From assembly GCF_022539665.2 (NCBI RefSeq), contig NC_081333.1:2542001-2606000 (forward strand): a DNA stretch of 64,000 bases. The letters are read 5' to 3'. Source of the DNA: Daphnia carinata (taxonomy: Eukaryota). A program made the position numbers and the translations under genes. The stretch's first letter is position 1. Every line of letters begins with the position of its first letter. The notes below the pieces were generated by a model that made no database searches, was not told the DNA's origin, and saw only the letters and a list, made by a program, of their open reading frames with translations. Shown here one piece after another: positions 25,082 to 37,600 of this stretch.

Positions 25082-28000
25082 ATGGATGCCATTAGAAAAC
25101 AATCATCAGGAAAAATGGTGGAAGGCATCAAAAGCAGACGACCTTTCACCGCCAAAATCATCATGGCCGCTTTGTTCATGTTTTGCTGTTTAGCGGACGA
25201 CGTGTCTGCCTCGTCGTCTGAAATGACGTGGGCCAACAGCACGAAACCAGCAGCTCTAGAAGACGGTCAGTGCCAAGACGGGCTCCTGATCCCAATGTGG
25301 CGGCCGTTCACGAACCTGAGCCTGGGCGACCGTGTGGCCAGGGGTCTGGTCTACTTCATCGCCATGTGTTACCTGTTTGTGGGCGTCTCTATCGTCGCCG
25401 ACAGGTTCATGGGCGCCATTGAAGTCATCACGTCGCAGGAGAAGGAGATCCGCGTCAAGAAACCCAACGGCGACGTCCAGATCGTCGTCGTCCGCGTCTG
25501 GAACGAAACGGTGGCCAACCTGAGTCTCATGGCCCTGGGCTCATCCGCTCCGGAGATCCTCCTCTCCATCATCGAAGTCTACGCCAAGAATTTCGAGGCC
25601 GGCGACCTCGGGCCGGGCACGATCGTCGGCTCGGCCGCCTTCAACCTCTTCATGATCATCGGCCTCTGCGTCTACGTCATTCCCGAGGGCCAGGTGCGCA
25701 AGATCAAGCACCTGCGCGTCTTCTTCGTCACGGCCACCTGGTCCATCTTCGCTTACGTCTGGCTCTACATCATCCTCGACGTCATCTCCGTCGGAGTCGT
25801 CGAAGTCTGGGAGGGCATCGTCACTTTCCTCTTTTTCCCGGCGACCATCATCACGGCCTACATCGCCGACCGGCGCTTACTCTTCTACAAGTACATCTCC
25901 AAGCAGTACAGGGTGAATCGGAGAGGCGTCATCGTCGAGACGGAGGGATTCAATCAAAACGATATCGAAATGGCTTCGTCCAGCCACAAAAGAGACGGCC
26001 CGGGAGGCATGGTGGGCATCGATAATTTGGGAATGAAAACGTTCGACGAGGAGGAAATGAACGACGACGTCCGCGAATTCGAAGAGCACCGACGCGAGTA
26101 CATCCACCTGCTGAGGGACTTGCGCAAGAAACACCCCGACCTGGACATGAGGGCTATCGAAGCCCTGGCCCGAGAGGAATTGGCTAATACCGGACCGAAA
26201 AGCCGGGCATTCTACCGGATTCAAGCGACGCGCAAACTCACTGGCGGTTCGAATTTAGCCAAGAAAGCGATGGATCGAGCAGCTAGTGACTTGTCACAAG
26301 TTGTTACATCGCCCAGCGTGCCAGATTCGAGATTGGGCGTGCCGGACGGACGTATCCGCATTTATTTCGATCCTGGCCACTACACGGTGATGGAAAATGT
26401 AGGAGAATTCGCGGCTTCGGTCCGCCGCGACGGAGGGGACATAAACCAATCAGTCCAGGTCGATTACCGGACTGAAGACGGGTCGGCCAACGCCGGATCC
26501 GACTACATCGCCGTCCAGGGAACTTTGACTTTCGGACCGAGAGAAACGCTCAAAACGTTCAACGTCTGCGTCATCGACGACGACGTCTTTGAGGAGGACG
26601 AACATTTCTACATCCGATTGAGCAACGCACGTCCTACCGGAACGGCCGGCACAGGCGGAAGGGTCAGCCGAAGTGGCAGCTCTCTTTCCAACAAATATCG
26701 CGAAGCTCACAGCACACCTGTCAATGGCGAATTGGCGGGAAGTATGAATTTGAATGTGAACGCCGTCAATGGCTCGTCTTCCGCCACTCGCAGTCTCAGC
26801 GCTCCGGCCATCCAGCAACAAGCAGCTGCCAACGATGTGGACGTCGAACTTGTAGCCCCCTTCCTGGCCACCGTCATGATCCTGGACGACGACCACTGCG
26901 GCATTTTCAATTTAGCCGACAAGGACGTGGAACTGGTCGAATCGGTCGGCACTTACGACGTCAAGGTCCTCAGATGGAGCGGCGCCCGTGGGCGGGTCGC
27001 CGTCCCTTATCGCACCCTGGAAGGCACGGCCAAGGAAGGCAAGGACTACGTCACCTCCGTCGGCGAAATCATCTTCGAAAACAACGAGATCGAGTGAGTT
27101 TGGCATAGTTTCTGATTTTAAAGATTTTTTTAAATTTTGGGTTATAATCGATACGGTTGGCTTCACTTTACGGGGTTGGGATTGTTGCCACGAGTTCAAA
27201 TGTTTCTCTAACAACGGCCATAGAGGCAGGCATAGAGTGATGCAAAGCAATTGAACTGGAACACGAAAAAAATGGGCAACGTACGTAAGGGCAGATGACG
27301 GATATGTGCGGTTGTCGTGCGCATTTCCTTGGCGGTTTACCGCTCTAAAATAATCAGTGGCTTTTTAAAATTATTTTGGGGACTATTCCGCAATGTTGCC
27401 ATCCTTACGAAAGGAGATTCGTTGTCTAATTGTTTTGTTGTTGTTGTTTAAAAAAAAAAAAAAAAAAAAACATCAGGGGGAAGGGGGTATTTGAGGATTG
27501 TAGTCATGATGGTCAGGATCATGACAGCGGCACACACAAAAAAAGAGATCCAATTCCGGCTGCTGAAAAATAAGCTTCAACCTACCAAATAGCATTTGCT
27601 GGGGGGGTATTTAATAAACAAATATACAATACGGTCTGTACACAAATCCGCACAACAGCCGGTGTGGGGGTTGTATTCCTTTTGTGTTTGTCCGGAAGCA
27701 TTTGCCGCTCTTTCGTTCCCAATGTTTTGGTTTTTGCTATCGTTTTTTTTTCTTACATTAGATCCGGTTTCTTTTTTATAATTCATTGAAACAAAAAGAT
27801 ATTTGCCATTTAAGCGTTTAAAACTTTCCGGAAGTGGGCGTTTTTTCGTTTACACGAAATGGCGAGCCCTTCAGGAAGCCAATCGTCGAATTATCACATG
27901 ACATTTGGCCCGTAGGGTTCATTAAGGAACATTGAACTCGTCCCTTGTTAATTAGTTTTGAATATGGAAATCATTTGACGGCTATTTAACGCATTTAAAT

Positions 28001-31000
28001 TCGCATACTCCCGTTAAAACGCTGTTTCAGTTGGATGGCGAGATGTACATTTTGTTTTTAATGGCACAACGGGGTTCAGTACTCGTCGATGCCAGGGAAC
28101 ACGGATTAGAATCGTCTCGTTTATGACATCACGCGAAACTCGGTTGAAAAAGGAGACAAGTAAAAACGGGAAGAGAGAGAAAAAGAACTGCAGAAATGTA
28201 ACATGTAAATGACATCCCATCCGGCAAAACTACGGCTTCTTTTTTTTTTTTTTTCTGGCCTTAGTTCTTTTATTTCTTGGATGCTCAGCTGTTCTTTTGT
28301 TTTCTCTTGTTTCGGGACCATTCGATCCGTTTGGGTTTATGACCGTTCCAGTTGGTGGATCTTTTTGCTTGTATATAGTAGACGATCGAAAATGTTGTCT
28401 GTGTGTACATCGCTGACCGTTTACATGACCTGAATGATTGAAAATGCACGACATAGAAAACTATGTTTTCTGATACGAAATCTGGCGGCCGGGGGGGAGG
28501 GTAAATTCAATCGAATTTGATGTGCATAGTCTCTCGATACAATTTATATTTTGTTACGGATGCGAAAGTATTTGTGTGACGAGGCTAAAAAACAGGGGAA
28601 CCTAAAAAAAATTTCTTTTTTTTTTTCTTTCTCTTTACTCCGTTCACTGGGCAAAAGTTTATTTTGGTGGCGGTGCAGACACACGAGAAAGTCGGTGGAA
28701 TGAGAGAGAGAGGCTCCCGCTTTTGTATGTGCGTGTTTGGGTCGTGGATCACCATGGAAACAAACGCTCGGCGTCAAATATCACCATGGGTCTGTGAAAA
28801 TTACGTTTCTAAGTGGCTACCAATCAGCCGTTGTGTTTCACAGGTGTGGACACAACAAGCTGTTGAAAAATGATGTCATGTCAGACCCATCTAAATGACG
28901 TTATTTTTTTTATATACATATTTCCTTCTCCCATCGTTTGAATTAATCAGATGAATACGAGGGCCTATTTATAGTGAACGTTTTCGTCCCATTGTGTTTA
29001 GCCCTCACACCCTCTGTCATAATTATAAACATCGTTCCAAAGTTTTTTGTTTTCACGACCCGTACCCTTATTATTATTCCCCATTTCTTGGGTTCGTTCC
29101 GCCTAGGGCTGTACCCTCTTTTTTTAAAGAATCAATAATTTAACCGTTTTTTTCTTTTTATTTGACACGTTTAATAGTTTTCTTTTTGGCGTTTCTTTTT
29201 TTAAACTGAACGTCTGAAATGTATTTCTCTAGAGGGATCTTATCCCACTTGTTTTTTTTTTTATTATTTAAACCAATAAAAAACAAAATTGCAATCATTT
29301 CCCAACTTAAAACTAGAAATTTTCCAATTGCAGAAAAGTTTTAAAAAAGGGCCGAATAATCTCGTTTTGCTTTTACTAGCACGCCTTGCATGTGCACAAT
29401 CCCCTCCTTTTTTTTTCTATGGCTTTCCTATTTTTTTCGTCTCTCTTATGCAGATGCCTTTTATATGTATACCTGTACCCCATAGTCTTTTGCCAACCGT
29501 CTAAATGGGATTGGGGAAAATGTGTGTGTGTCGAGCCTTAACAGTCGGTATATAATGTGACACTGCATGTTGTGTGCACAAGATATTGATTTATCGGCCG
29601 AAACATGAGCAAAAGGGATTCAAAGAGGTTAGCTCATTACTTGCAAGGTACAAATGGTGTGTGCAAGGCTGTCTTTAAGACTTGTGCACCTGAAGCATTC
29701 GAAAAACGCGCTAATAAGATTTTTTCTTTTTTTTTCTTTTTTTTTAAATTGATCTGTAGGGGTTGGTGTGTGTTTTCTAAATGGCTCAATGGGCAGACAC
29801 ACACACACAGTCCAGCAAAAAAATGTTGAGAGCCGAGCTCAACTAAAAATAAAAATGGCTCATCCTGTTCCATCTATTGCTGGTGTATACCCGCACACAG
29901 AAAAGTCTGATCTATTTCCAATGGTCCGTGTGTCTGGTTTCTCCTTGTGGTCTTGGCTAGGCAAACGGCCTGGCCGGCTGTATACATATACTCTAAAAAA
30001 AAAAAAAAAAATGTAGTGGGGTTATTTCTTTTTTAAATTAAATAAGAAAAAAAATCAATGCTGATGAAATGGGCCTTTTAAAAACAGCAGCAGGTTGTAT
30101 ACACCTATAAATATGTGTGTAAACATATACAATGAAACGTTCGTGTGCGTGTGTGTTTAATAAGACTAATAGTTTATTGATTTCTTATTTTGTAGAAAGT
30201 ACATCTCCCTACAGATCCTCGAGGAGGACAGTTACGAGAAGGACGTACTCTTCTACTTGGAAATCGAAGAACCCAAACAATTGGGAGGTAAAATTTTGAT
30301 CAAATCCTTTCGATCGATTCGTAGTAAATCGAATTTTCCGAATCAATGTTTCGCTAATATTTAATTTTTATTGCGATATCGCGTTCCATTTTTTGTTCTC
30401 TACTTTCGTGTTGAATCCTCTTTTGGCACACGCGGATACATGAAGTTCTTATTTCATTTTTGGGGCTTTCCCCTCCACTGTTTTCGAAGGCTTCTTATCT
30501 TCTTCTTGTCTACAGTCCCTTTAAAATAATTCCCAGCATTCTTTTTCAAACAAATATGGGAAGGGCTACCGTATTAGTCCCGTTTGTTAAACAGATGGCG
30601 CTAAAAGAAACAATTCGCGCCATGTAAAAATGCCTAATGTTTTAAATTTCATTTGTCATGGACCTTTTTCAAACCATCGATCGGCATTGCGGATAATCAG
30701 TTGGCGTTTGCTCGTTACAAGAAATCAATTCACTTTGAATGTTACGCGCCGTTTCAGGGCGGTGGCTGAATTAAATTTCAGCGAAAAGCGGATCATCATA
30801 ATTCATTACACACGTACACGTGTTAGCCATAAAACTAGTTGTCCATTCATTTCGATTAGGAATTCTCCCAATCGATGAACTCATCAACTTTTAATTCGTC
30901 AATGGCTCATTTTTCCATGAGAAAACGACGTGAAAACGTTAATCAAATGCCGATAGATTCAGCCAACACACACAGAGGCACACGAAAATAATTGCAAAGG

Positions 31001-31628
31001 TTTAATTCTTTTTTTTTTTTAAGATTTTCATTCTCGCAACTAGTCAGCCGGCTGTGGCCTTCGTCGGTGTGTCTATTTTCGGGATTCCCGGGGAACCGGC
31101 GCGTTCAGTGTCTTTCTATAGCCTTCCCCTTATTTCATTTCTTTTTTTTTTTTTTTTGTTAGCCATTCTTCGTCTGACCCTTTCCCAGAACGCGTTCATT
31201 TCTCAATTATAATCATCAAACATTTTTTTTTTCAACGTTCAATGTTCGCCTAATTTTTTGAATTGAAAAATACTAATGTTGTGCGACACCTAATTGAATT
31301 AACTCAATTTCTTTTTTTTTCTCGGTTTGTGCTGTGATCTGGTGGCGATGATGGAAATTTGAATTCTCTGGAAAAAAAAAAAAAAAAAAAAAAGATACAC
31401 CGACTGCTGAAAGCCTAACGAACCTGCCTGCGGGAGGTTTGAGCTACGATCAGAAAGTGGCCCTGCTCGGCCGGCCCAAACTGGGCGAAAACACCCGGCT
31501 CCAAATCCGCGTCAAAGAGAGCAAAGAATTCAAGGTAAAGTAATACTCTCTTTTCATTATTTCCCTTGTTTTTTTTTTTTTTTCTTAATTTTATTTAAAG
31601 AAAAGAAGACCTTTAGCGTCTTCGTGTC

Positions 31629-31669
<41 letters not shown>

Positions 31670-34600
31670 TGTTCTTTTTTATTTTATCTTTCACGCTTGG
31701 CCAAGTCTTTGACACTCTGCCAGTGTTTTGCAACACTGTACATAACAAGCTAACCGAACCAGACATGTTTGAATTTTTCCTTTCTTAAAACTCCTACCTT
31801 TTTTTTTTTTTTTTTTTTTTTTTGCTTTAGCTATCGTTTGCGCCAGTTCGACAAAGCCAAACAAAATCTCTCTCTTTTTTTGCTATTGAATGCCGTCAGA
31901 CTGTATGGGGAATCAAATCTAATTTAATATTACAGCCGAAAAATAATTGCCTTGTTACTCTGCTGATTGCCAGTTGGACGTCATTTAAATCTGACAACTC
32001 GTTGATCGAAACTTGACGTTTGCCCGTTTTCATTCGAGGGAGTAGCGGGTAATAGCCTAAGGCTATTTTCCCGCTATTGGAAGTTGCAGACGATAATGAA
32101 GCAGCTTATAATTGTCAAACTTCCAACAAAATCATTCAATCGTAACCATCAGCTGACTGTGTGTGTATTTTTGGGGAAAACAAAAGATTGACGTTTGGAA
32201 TCAATTCAATACGACATCTATTTGATTGAATTCAAAATAAAAATGAAAAAAAAAAAAAAAAAACGAAAACAACAGGAGGAGCCTGGGAGCGGACAGACAA
32301 GAGCTGGGCTAAATCCGACAGGCCGCTTTTCTTTTGTTTCATTCTAGTAAGATAGGAAGGATTGTGAGGGCTGTCTGGCCTGGAGCCCACATTGGCTTCT
32401 ATTCCGCGGGAGGAAAAGAAAAAAAATATCGAATTCTTTCACGCTTCGTCTGCTGTCCGTTTTTGTCTTTTTCTTTCATCTTTTTCTACATTTGTGGTAT
32501 GTCGTCAGGGTCGTGGCTATTCGCCTAGAATTTTGATTTAAAGGAAAGCAAAATGAATTATTTCTCACATCTACTAATATATTTTTATTCTTTTTCTGAA
32601 TTAATTAAAACAAAATTTTAAAATACTCAAGTGCCAGTGTCACGGAATATCTGTTGATTATTGCACTGGCCCTGGGTGTCACACCAAGTCGATCCATCAC
32701 TTCAGAAAGGAAACTTTAATTCATTCATTAGTCATCTCACATTATTTCTCGTATTGTTATGTCTATTTTTATACGAAATTGATTTATTTATTTTTTTTCG
32801 CTTTGGTTGAGACAGAACACGGTCGACAAATTGGTGCAGCGAGCCAACGCCTCCTTGGTGGTCGGATCCTCGTCGTGGAAAGAGCAATTCATCGAGGCCA
32901 TCACCGTCAATCCATCAGGTACCCAAAAATGTTGACTTTCCTTCTTCATTAATGCGCCATGTCAGGAGCGATATGTGATACGCACACGTTTGCAAAAGGA
33001 AATCAAAGACCTTCGTTATAGGAAACCATCAGGGGGATGGAGGCTAAACAAACAAACAAAAAAAAAGACATTTGCCTGTACTAATTCAATGAAAACAGAG
33101 ATAGGCAATGATGATAGATTGTTTTCCCAATATTGACGTAATAAAGGTAAATATAATAATAAAAAAGAAATAGAAGGGAGGGGTTATAAATTGATTTTTT
33201 GGAAGGAGAAACAATCAAAAGTAGATGGTACTCATTGAAACGGCGAAGCGTAAAGATGGGAAGCGTCTCCACTTTGAGTATTGAAAATAGGCCATTAAAT
33301 CGATACGAAGAGAGGAAAGGCAGGACCAGCTAAAAGGAAAGATATATTGTCTGATGCTATCTGCATAGAGCGCATTATCTACGCAAGGGCGTGGCTGCAT
33401 AATAAAGATGATGAAAGGCAAGTTTGATTTACGCACTGCGATGGTAGAAAAAAAAAAAAGGGAATCCTACTTGAAAGGCTCTTGCCATTATTCTAATTCT
33501 AAATCAATTTTTGCTAAAGAATTTGTTTAATTCTTTTGAATCAATCTAATTTGTAATCGAACATTCCTGAGCGCATAATTCTAGTTTACCGTCATAGGCT
33601 TGGAATTTAATTTCGTGCGGGGGCTGATTCGCTATCGGAATGTTTCTCCATTTAATTGGGCAATCTCCATGCAGTCGCTTTCTATTCTGAAATATTTTGG
33701 AAATAACTTGAATCGCAGAATCAATGTCGTTTTCTTGTTGTTCTGAAGTGAACAACGGTTAACTTAAAACGAATTGCCGTTAAAAAGTTGACTTGGGAAC
33801 ACGAGGGATTTCTTGCGTGAGCACCTCGGTCTGCACGCGATGATGAAAACAAAAATTGTAAGCTTTCTTATGCGTGGCTACGGTAGCATTCGTACAGATT
33901 CACAGACGAATAGGAAAAAAAAAAATATGAAAAACTTAATTCCGAAAGTACATCGATTTCAATGACACATTCACGTCACATTTTTGAATTATACGATTTC
34001 ATTTGTTTCTTTCTTTTCCCCGCAGATGACGAAGACGAAGACGGTGAAACGAAGATGCCGTCTTGCGGCGACTACGTCCTCCATTTCTTGACCCTTTTCT
34101 GGAAGATTCTTTTCGCATTCGTGCCTCCAACAGGTTAATTTCGATATTCATTTATTCTAAAATTTAACCCCATCAAAAAAAAAAAACCATTAAATGCCAT
34201 TGATTACATGTAAACGTGACTAATCAAATTATTAGGTAATCATTCACGTGCAGCAGGTGCCAACGGCAATCGATTGAAAGCGCACCCCGCTCAAAACTGA
34301 TTTAATAGTTGAATTTTTGAAACATAATTATTTTTTTGTGTGTGGGTTTAACCAACCCGAATATGCAAAATTAGACATGTCGGACGGTTACGTGGCATTT
34401 GTCGTTTCAATCATCTTGATCGGTGCATTGACGGCCGTCATTGGCGACTTGTCATCACATATGGGCTGCACTGTCGGTCTCAAAGATTCCGTCACGGCCA
34501 TTGCCTTTGTGGCTTTGGGTACCAGCATCCCAGGTAGGCCAAACCTCCTCCCCCCCCCCCCCAAAAAAAAAAAAATATACCTGCCGACACAGAGAACAGA

Positions 34601-37600
34601 AATGGAACTAGTCTGCCTGCTGCCCGATATTTTTTAGCAAAAAAACAAATTGAATGAACTAATTAAATTATTTCTTTTTACCTATGGATATGTTCATTTC
34701 ATATCCAGTGACGTCAGCTCGTGAATGACTTTTACAGCCAATCATCATGTGAACAAGTGACTAAATATTATTAGATCAACGAGAGAAAATGTCATGTCGT
34801 CGGAATGTGTCCATTTACATCCCTTGTCTTTTGTTCACCTTTGTTCCCACCATTAAAAACAACATTAACTTAAACAATCAATTCTTACAACGAAACAAAA
34901 TCCTTAACCTTTTTTGCTCTGACCTCCCCACCTACCCCAACCCATTAGATCGTATGAATGGATGGCTTTGCTTCTTCATATCCATTATATTGATCGGCGT
35001 CCTGACTGCAATCATTGGAGACGTCTCCTCTGCCTTTGGCTGTTCGGTAGGACTCAAGGATTCCGTTACAGCCATCGCCTTTGTGGCTCTGGGCACGAGC
35101 GTTCCAGGTAGAATTCATCTATTAGATATATATTTTTGTTATCAACCGAAAAAAAAAGAAAGAAAACGGGCAAAACAAGAATTTCGTAACGTTTAAAAAA
35201 AAAATCGCATGTAAAGGACGCCCCCCCCCCCTTCATATTTCTATGTATGCACGGGCACGCATAAATAGCATGATATCGGTTTGAACATGTAGCATTACAG
35301 CCACGTTAGCGTGCTTCAACTAGTGAAACTCTCTTCTTTTTTTTCTATTGTTTTTGAGGGGGAGTTAACTTTGAGCCGACGTTAATCATTTTATGCAAAT
35401 TTTTTATAAGAAACAGAGGAACAAGTCCAAAATGATAAATTAATGTTGTTAGGGCTGCAGAAAAAAGGGAGGAACTATTGATTTATGAACGCAAATTGTT
35501 ATATTTTAACCTTTTCTTATGTAAATAGCGATGAAAAAAAAAAAGGGAGGGCGGGAATAGCCAAATAACTTTGTAGATTTTTGTTATTGCGGATTTATCC
35601 ATCAACCCCGGCGCTTCTCGTAAACTTTGAAAAAAATATAAATCACGAGGCTTCGGAAAAAAAGTTTGCCGTTCAAGTTCGTCCATCCCGTCCTTGATTA
35701 TGTACGAAAAAAAAAAAAAGAGTGGAGGGGGGGAATTGAAAATAACGAGAAATTTCACGGCATTGTAATGCACGCGCTTCCTATTCACAAAAGTCTATAA
35801 GCAAGAATAGATGGTACTCGAGGAGATACGGCTACATAGCTCGGGGCTATGTATGCGCTTGTTGGACTTACTACTTCCCTTTTTTCTATTGTCAGACGAA
35901 ATGGGGGTGGGCGAAAAGAAAGGCCTTTTTTTTTTTTGTTAGAACTGCGCAACGGGAAATTAATGTCGTGTAACTTTTTCACCTCCCCCTTCCAATTCTT
36001 TTTCGTGTCTCTTGGGTTAGAATAACGGCCTAGCTGGCCAATGTAGCACAACCGTTTCAAAATCTCTCTTCTTATTTGAATTACATTTTTACGTTCGATA
36101 TTTTATTGAAACTAACTTGCATTTTTTTCTTTCTTTCTTCCTTCCCATTTTCTGTTTTTTTTTAATGAATCCGAATCCGCGACGTGATCGGCAAACACTT
36201 CAACACGACGCTGACATCGGCAGACATGTTCGCCAGTAAAGTGGCCGCAGCTCAGGACCAGTACGCCGACGCGTCCGTGGGCAACGTGACGGGAAGTAAC
36301 GCCGTCAACGTCTTCCTGGGGATCGGCATCGCCTGGTCCATGGCCGCCATCTACAAGGCCTGGCACGGAGAAGCATTCATCGTGCCAGTCGGAAAGTAAG
36401 ACCTTTCTTTATTCTATTTTCTTTTTGAAATCACGCTCCTCGTTTTTTTTTTTTTAAATTTGAAATCGGACTTAAAATGGCGCGCTTCTTTTAAAAAATC
36501 CAAGTGATTGATATGCGGGATGTTACGTGATAGCTATTTTAATTCTTTGATATTTTCGTACATTTTGTTGTGGATAAAAAAAAAGGGGGGGGGGCGATCA
36601 AACATTTAAATGAAAAACAAATTTGACAGATGAATATACGAGGCAAATGCGATATCGACATCGTTGCCAAAAGTAATTTCGTACGCAACAACATCTGCGC
36701 TGAATGTTCCAACAGAAAATCCAATCTCGTTTGATGGGCGTGTCCTTTACAGGCTGCCATCGATTTGAATGCTTTCATACCATTTCATTTTTTTTTTGTT
36801 TTGAAGAATACCTTCTCTCAAAAAGGAGGTGTGTACCGTAGTCATTTACGACTTAATTAACGAGCTCGCCCCAACTTATGCAGACACGATCATTTAAAAA
36901 AAAAAAAAAACTAAAACTTTTTCTTGATAACTGGCAGTTGAATGACGCGACAGACTTTTGTATTCATTAAACAAAATTCTTTCACTGTTATAGCGCTAAA
37001 AAAAAAAACAACTCGATTGTTGAAGCCGTCCGCATTTCTATATCAAGACTTGGATGATTAACAATGTAAGAGAAAAAAAGGGGGGAGGGCTAGAGCAAAG
37101 TGGTTTATTGTGTTCCAGGGCAATATTGTGCGAGCATCTATTGGGAGCAATAAGATAGGCCCGGCATTCTTATGCGTCACATCATCGTCCTCCGCAATGG
37201 AATACTAAAATAAAAATAAGAAAAAAACGTAGTGCAGTCCACTGTGGATTACTTGACCTCAATCCACACCATTCACCGTAAAAATATTCAAACTAAAATC
37301 ATTTACATTTCATTTTTTTTTAAATTTGTTTCACGTCGTCCTATGTTTTAAATCCTGCACGTCTGTTTCCATCGTTGAGCGAGTGTTGACTACCACGAAA
37401 AATTGGAGCTTCATTTTGGGCTTCTAATGTCCGAAATATTCTATTAATCATTGATAAGAGTATTTAAGCCTGGGTGTGCAACATCATCTAGTGTCTCTTT
37501 TGTATTTGACGGTGAGCTCCCTCTAGGCTAACATTATGCATATCTCATGCGGAAAACTCATCTGCTTGAAAGGTGACTCGCTTCCTTATAGCCTTTCGGA

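Noticed and set aside
25228..27254. Multiple overlapping and antisense ORFs within NCX exon 1
   Set aside because: Shadow ORFs produced by the high GC3 codon bias of the real CDS.
34375..35107. The duplicated NCX exons as an assembly or haplotype artefact, or as a second NCX gene
   Set aside because: 15 of 53 residues and many synonymous sites differ, the flanking introns are unrelated, and no other NCX exon is duplicated.
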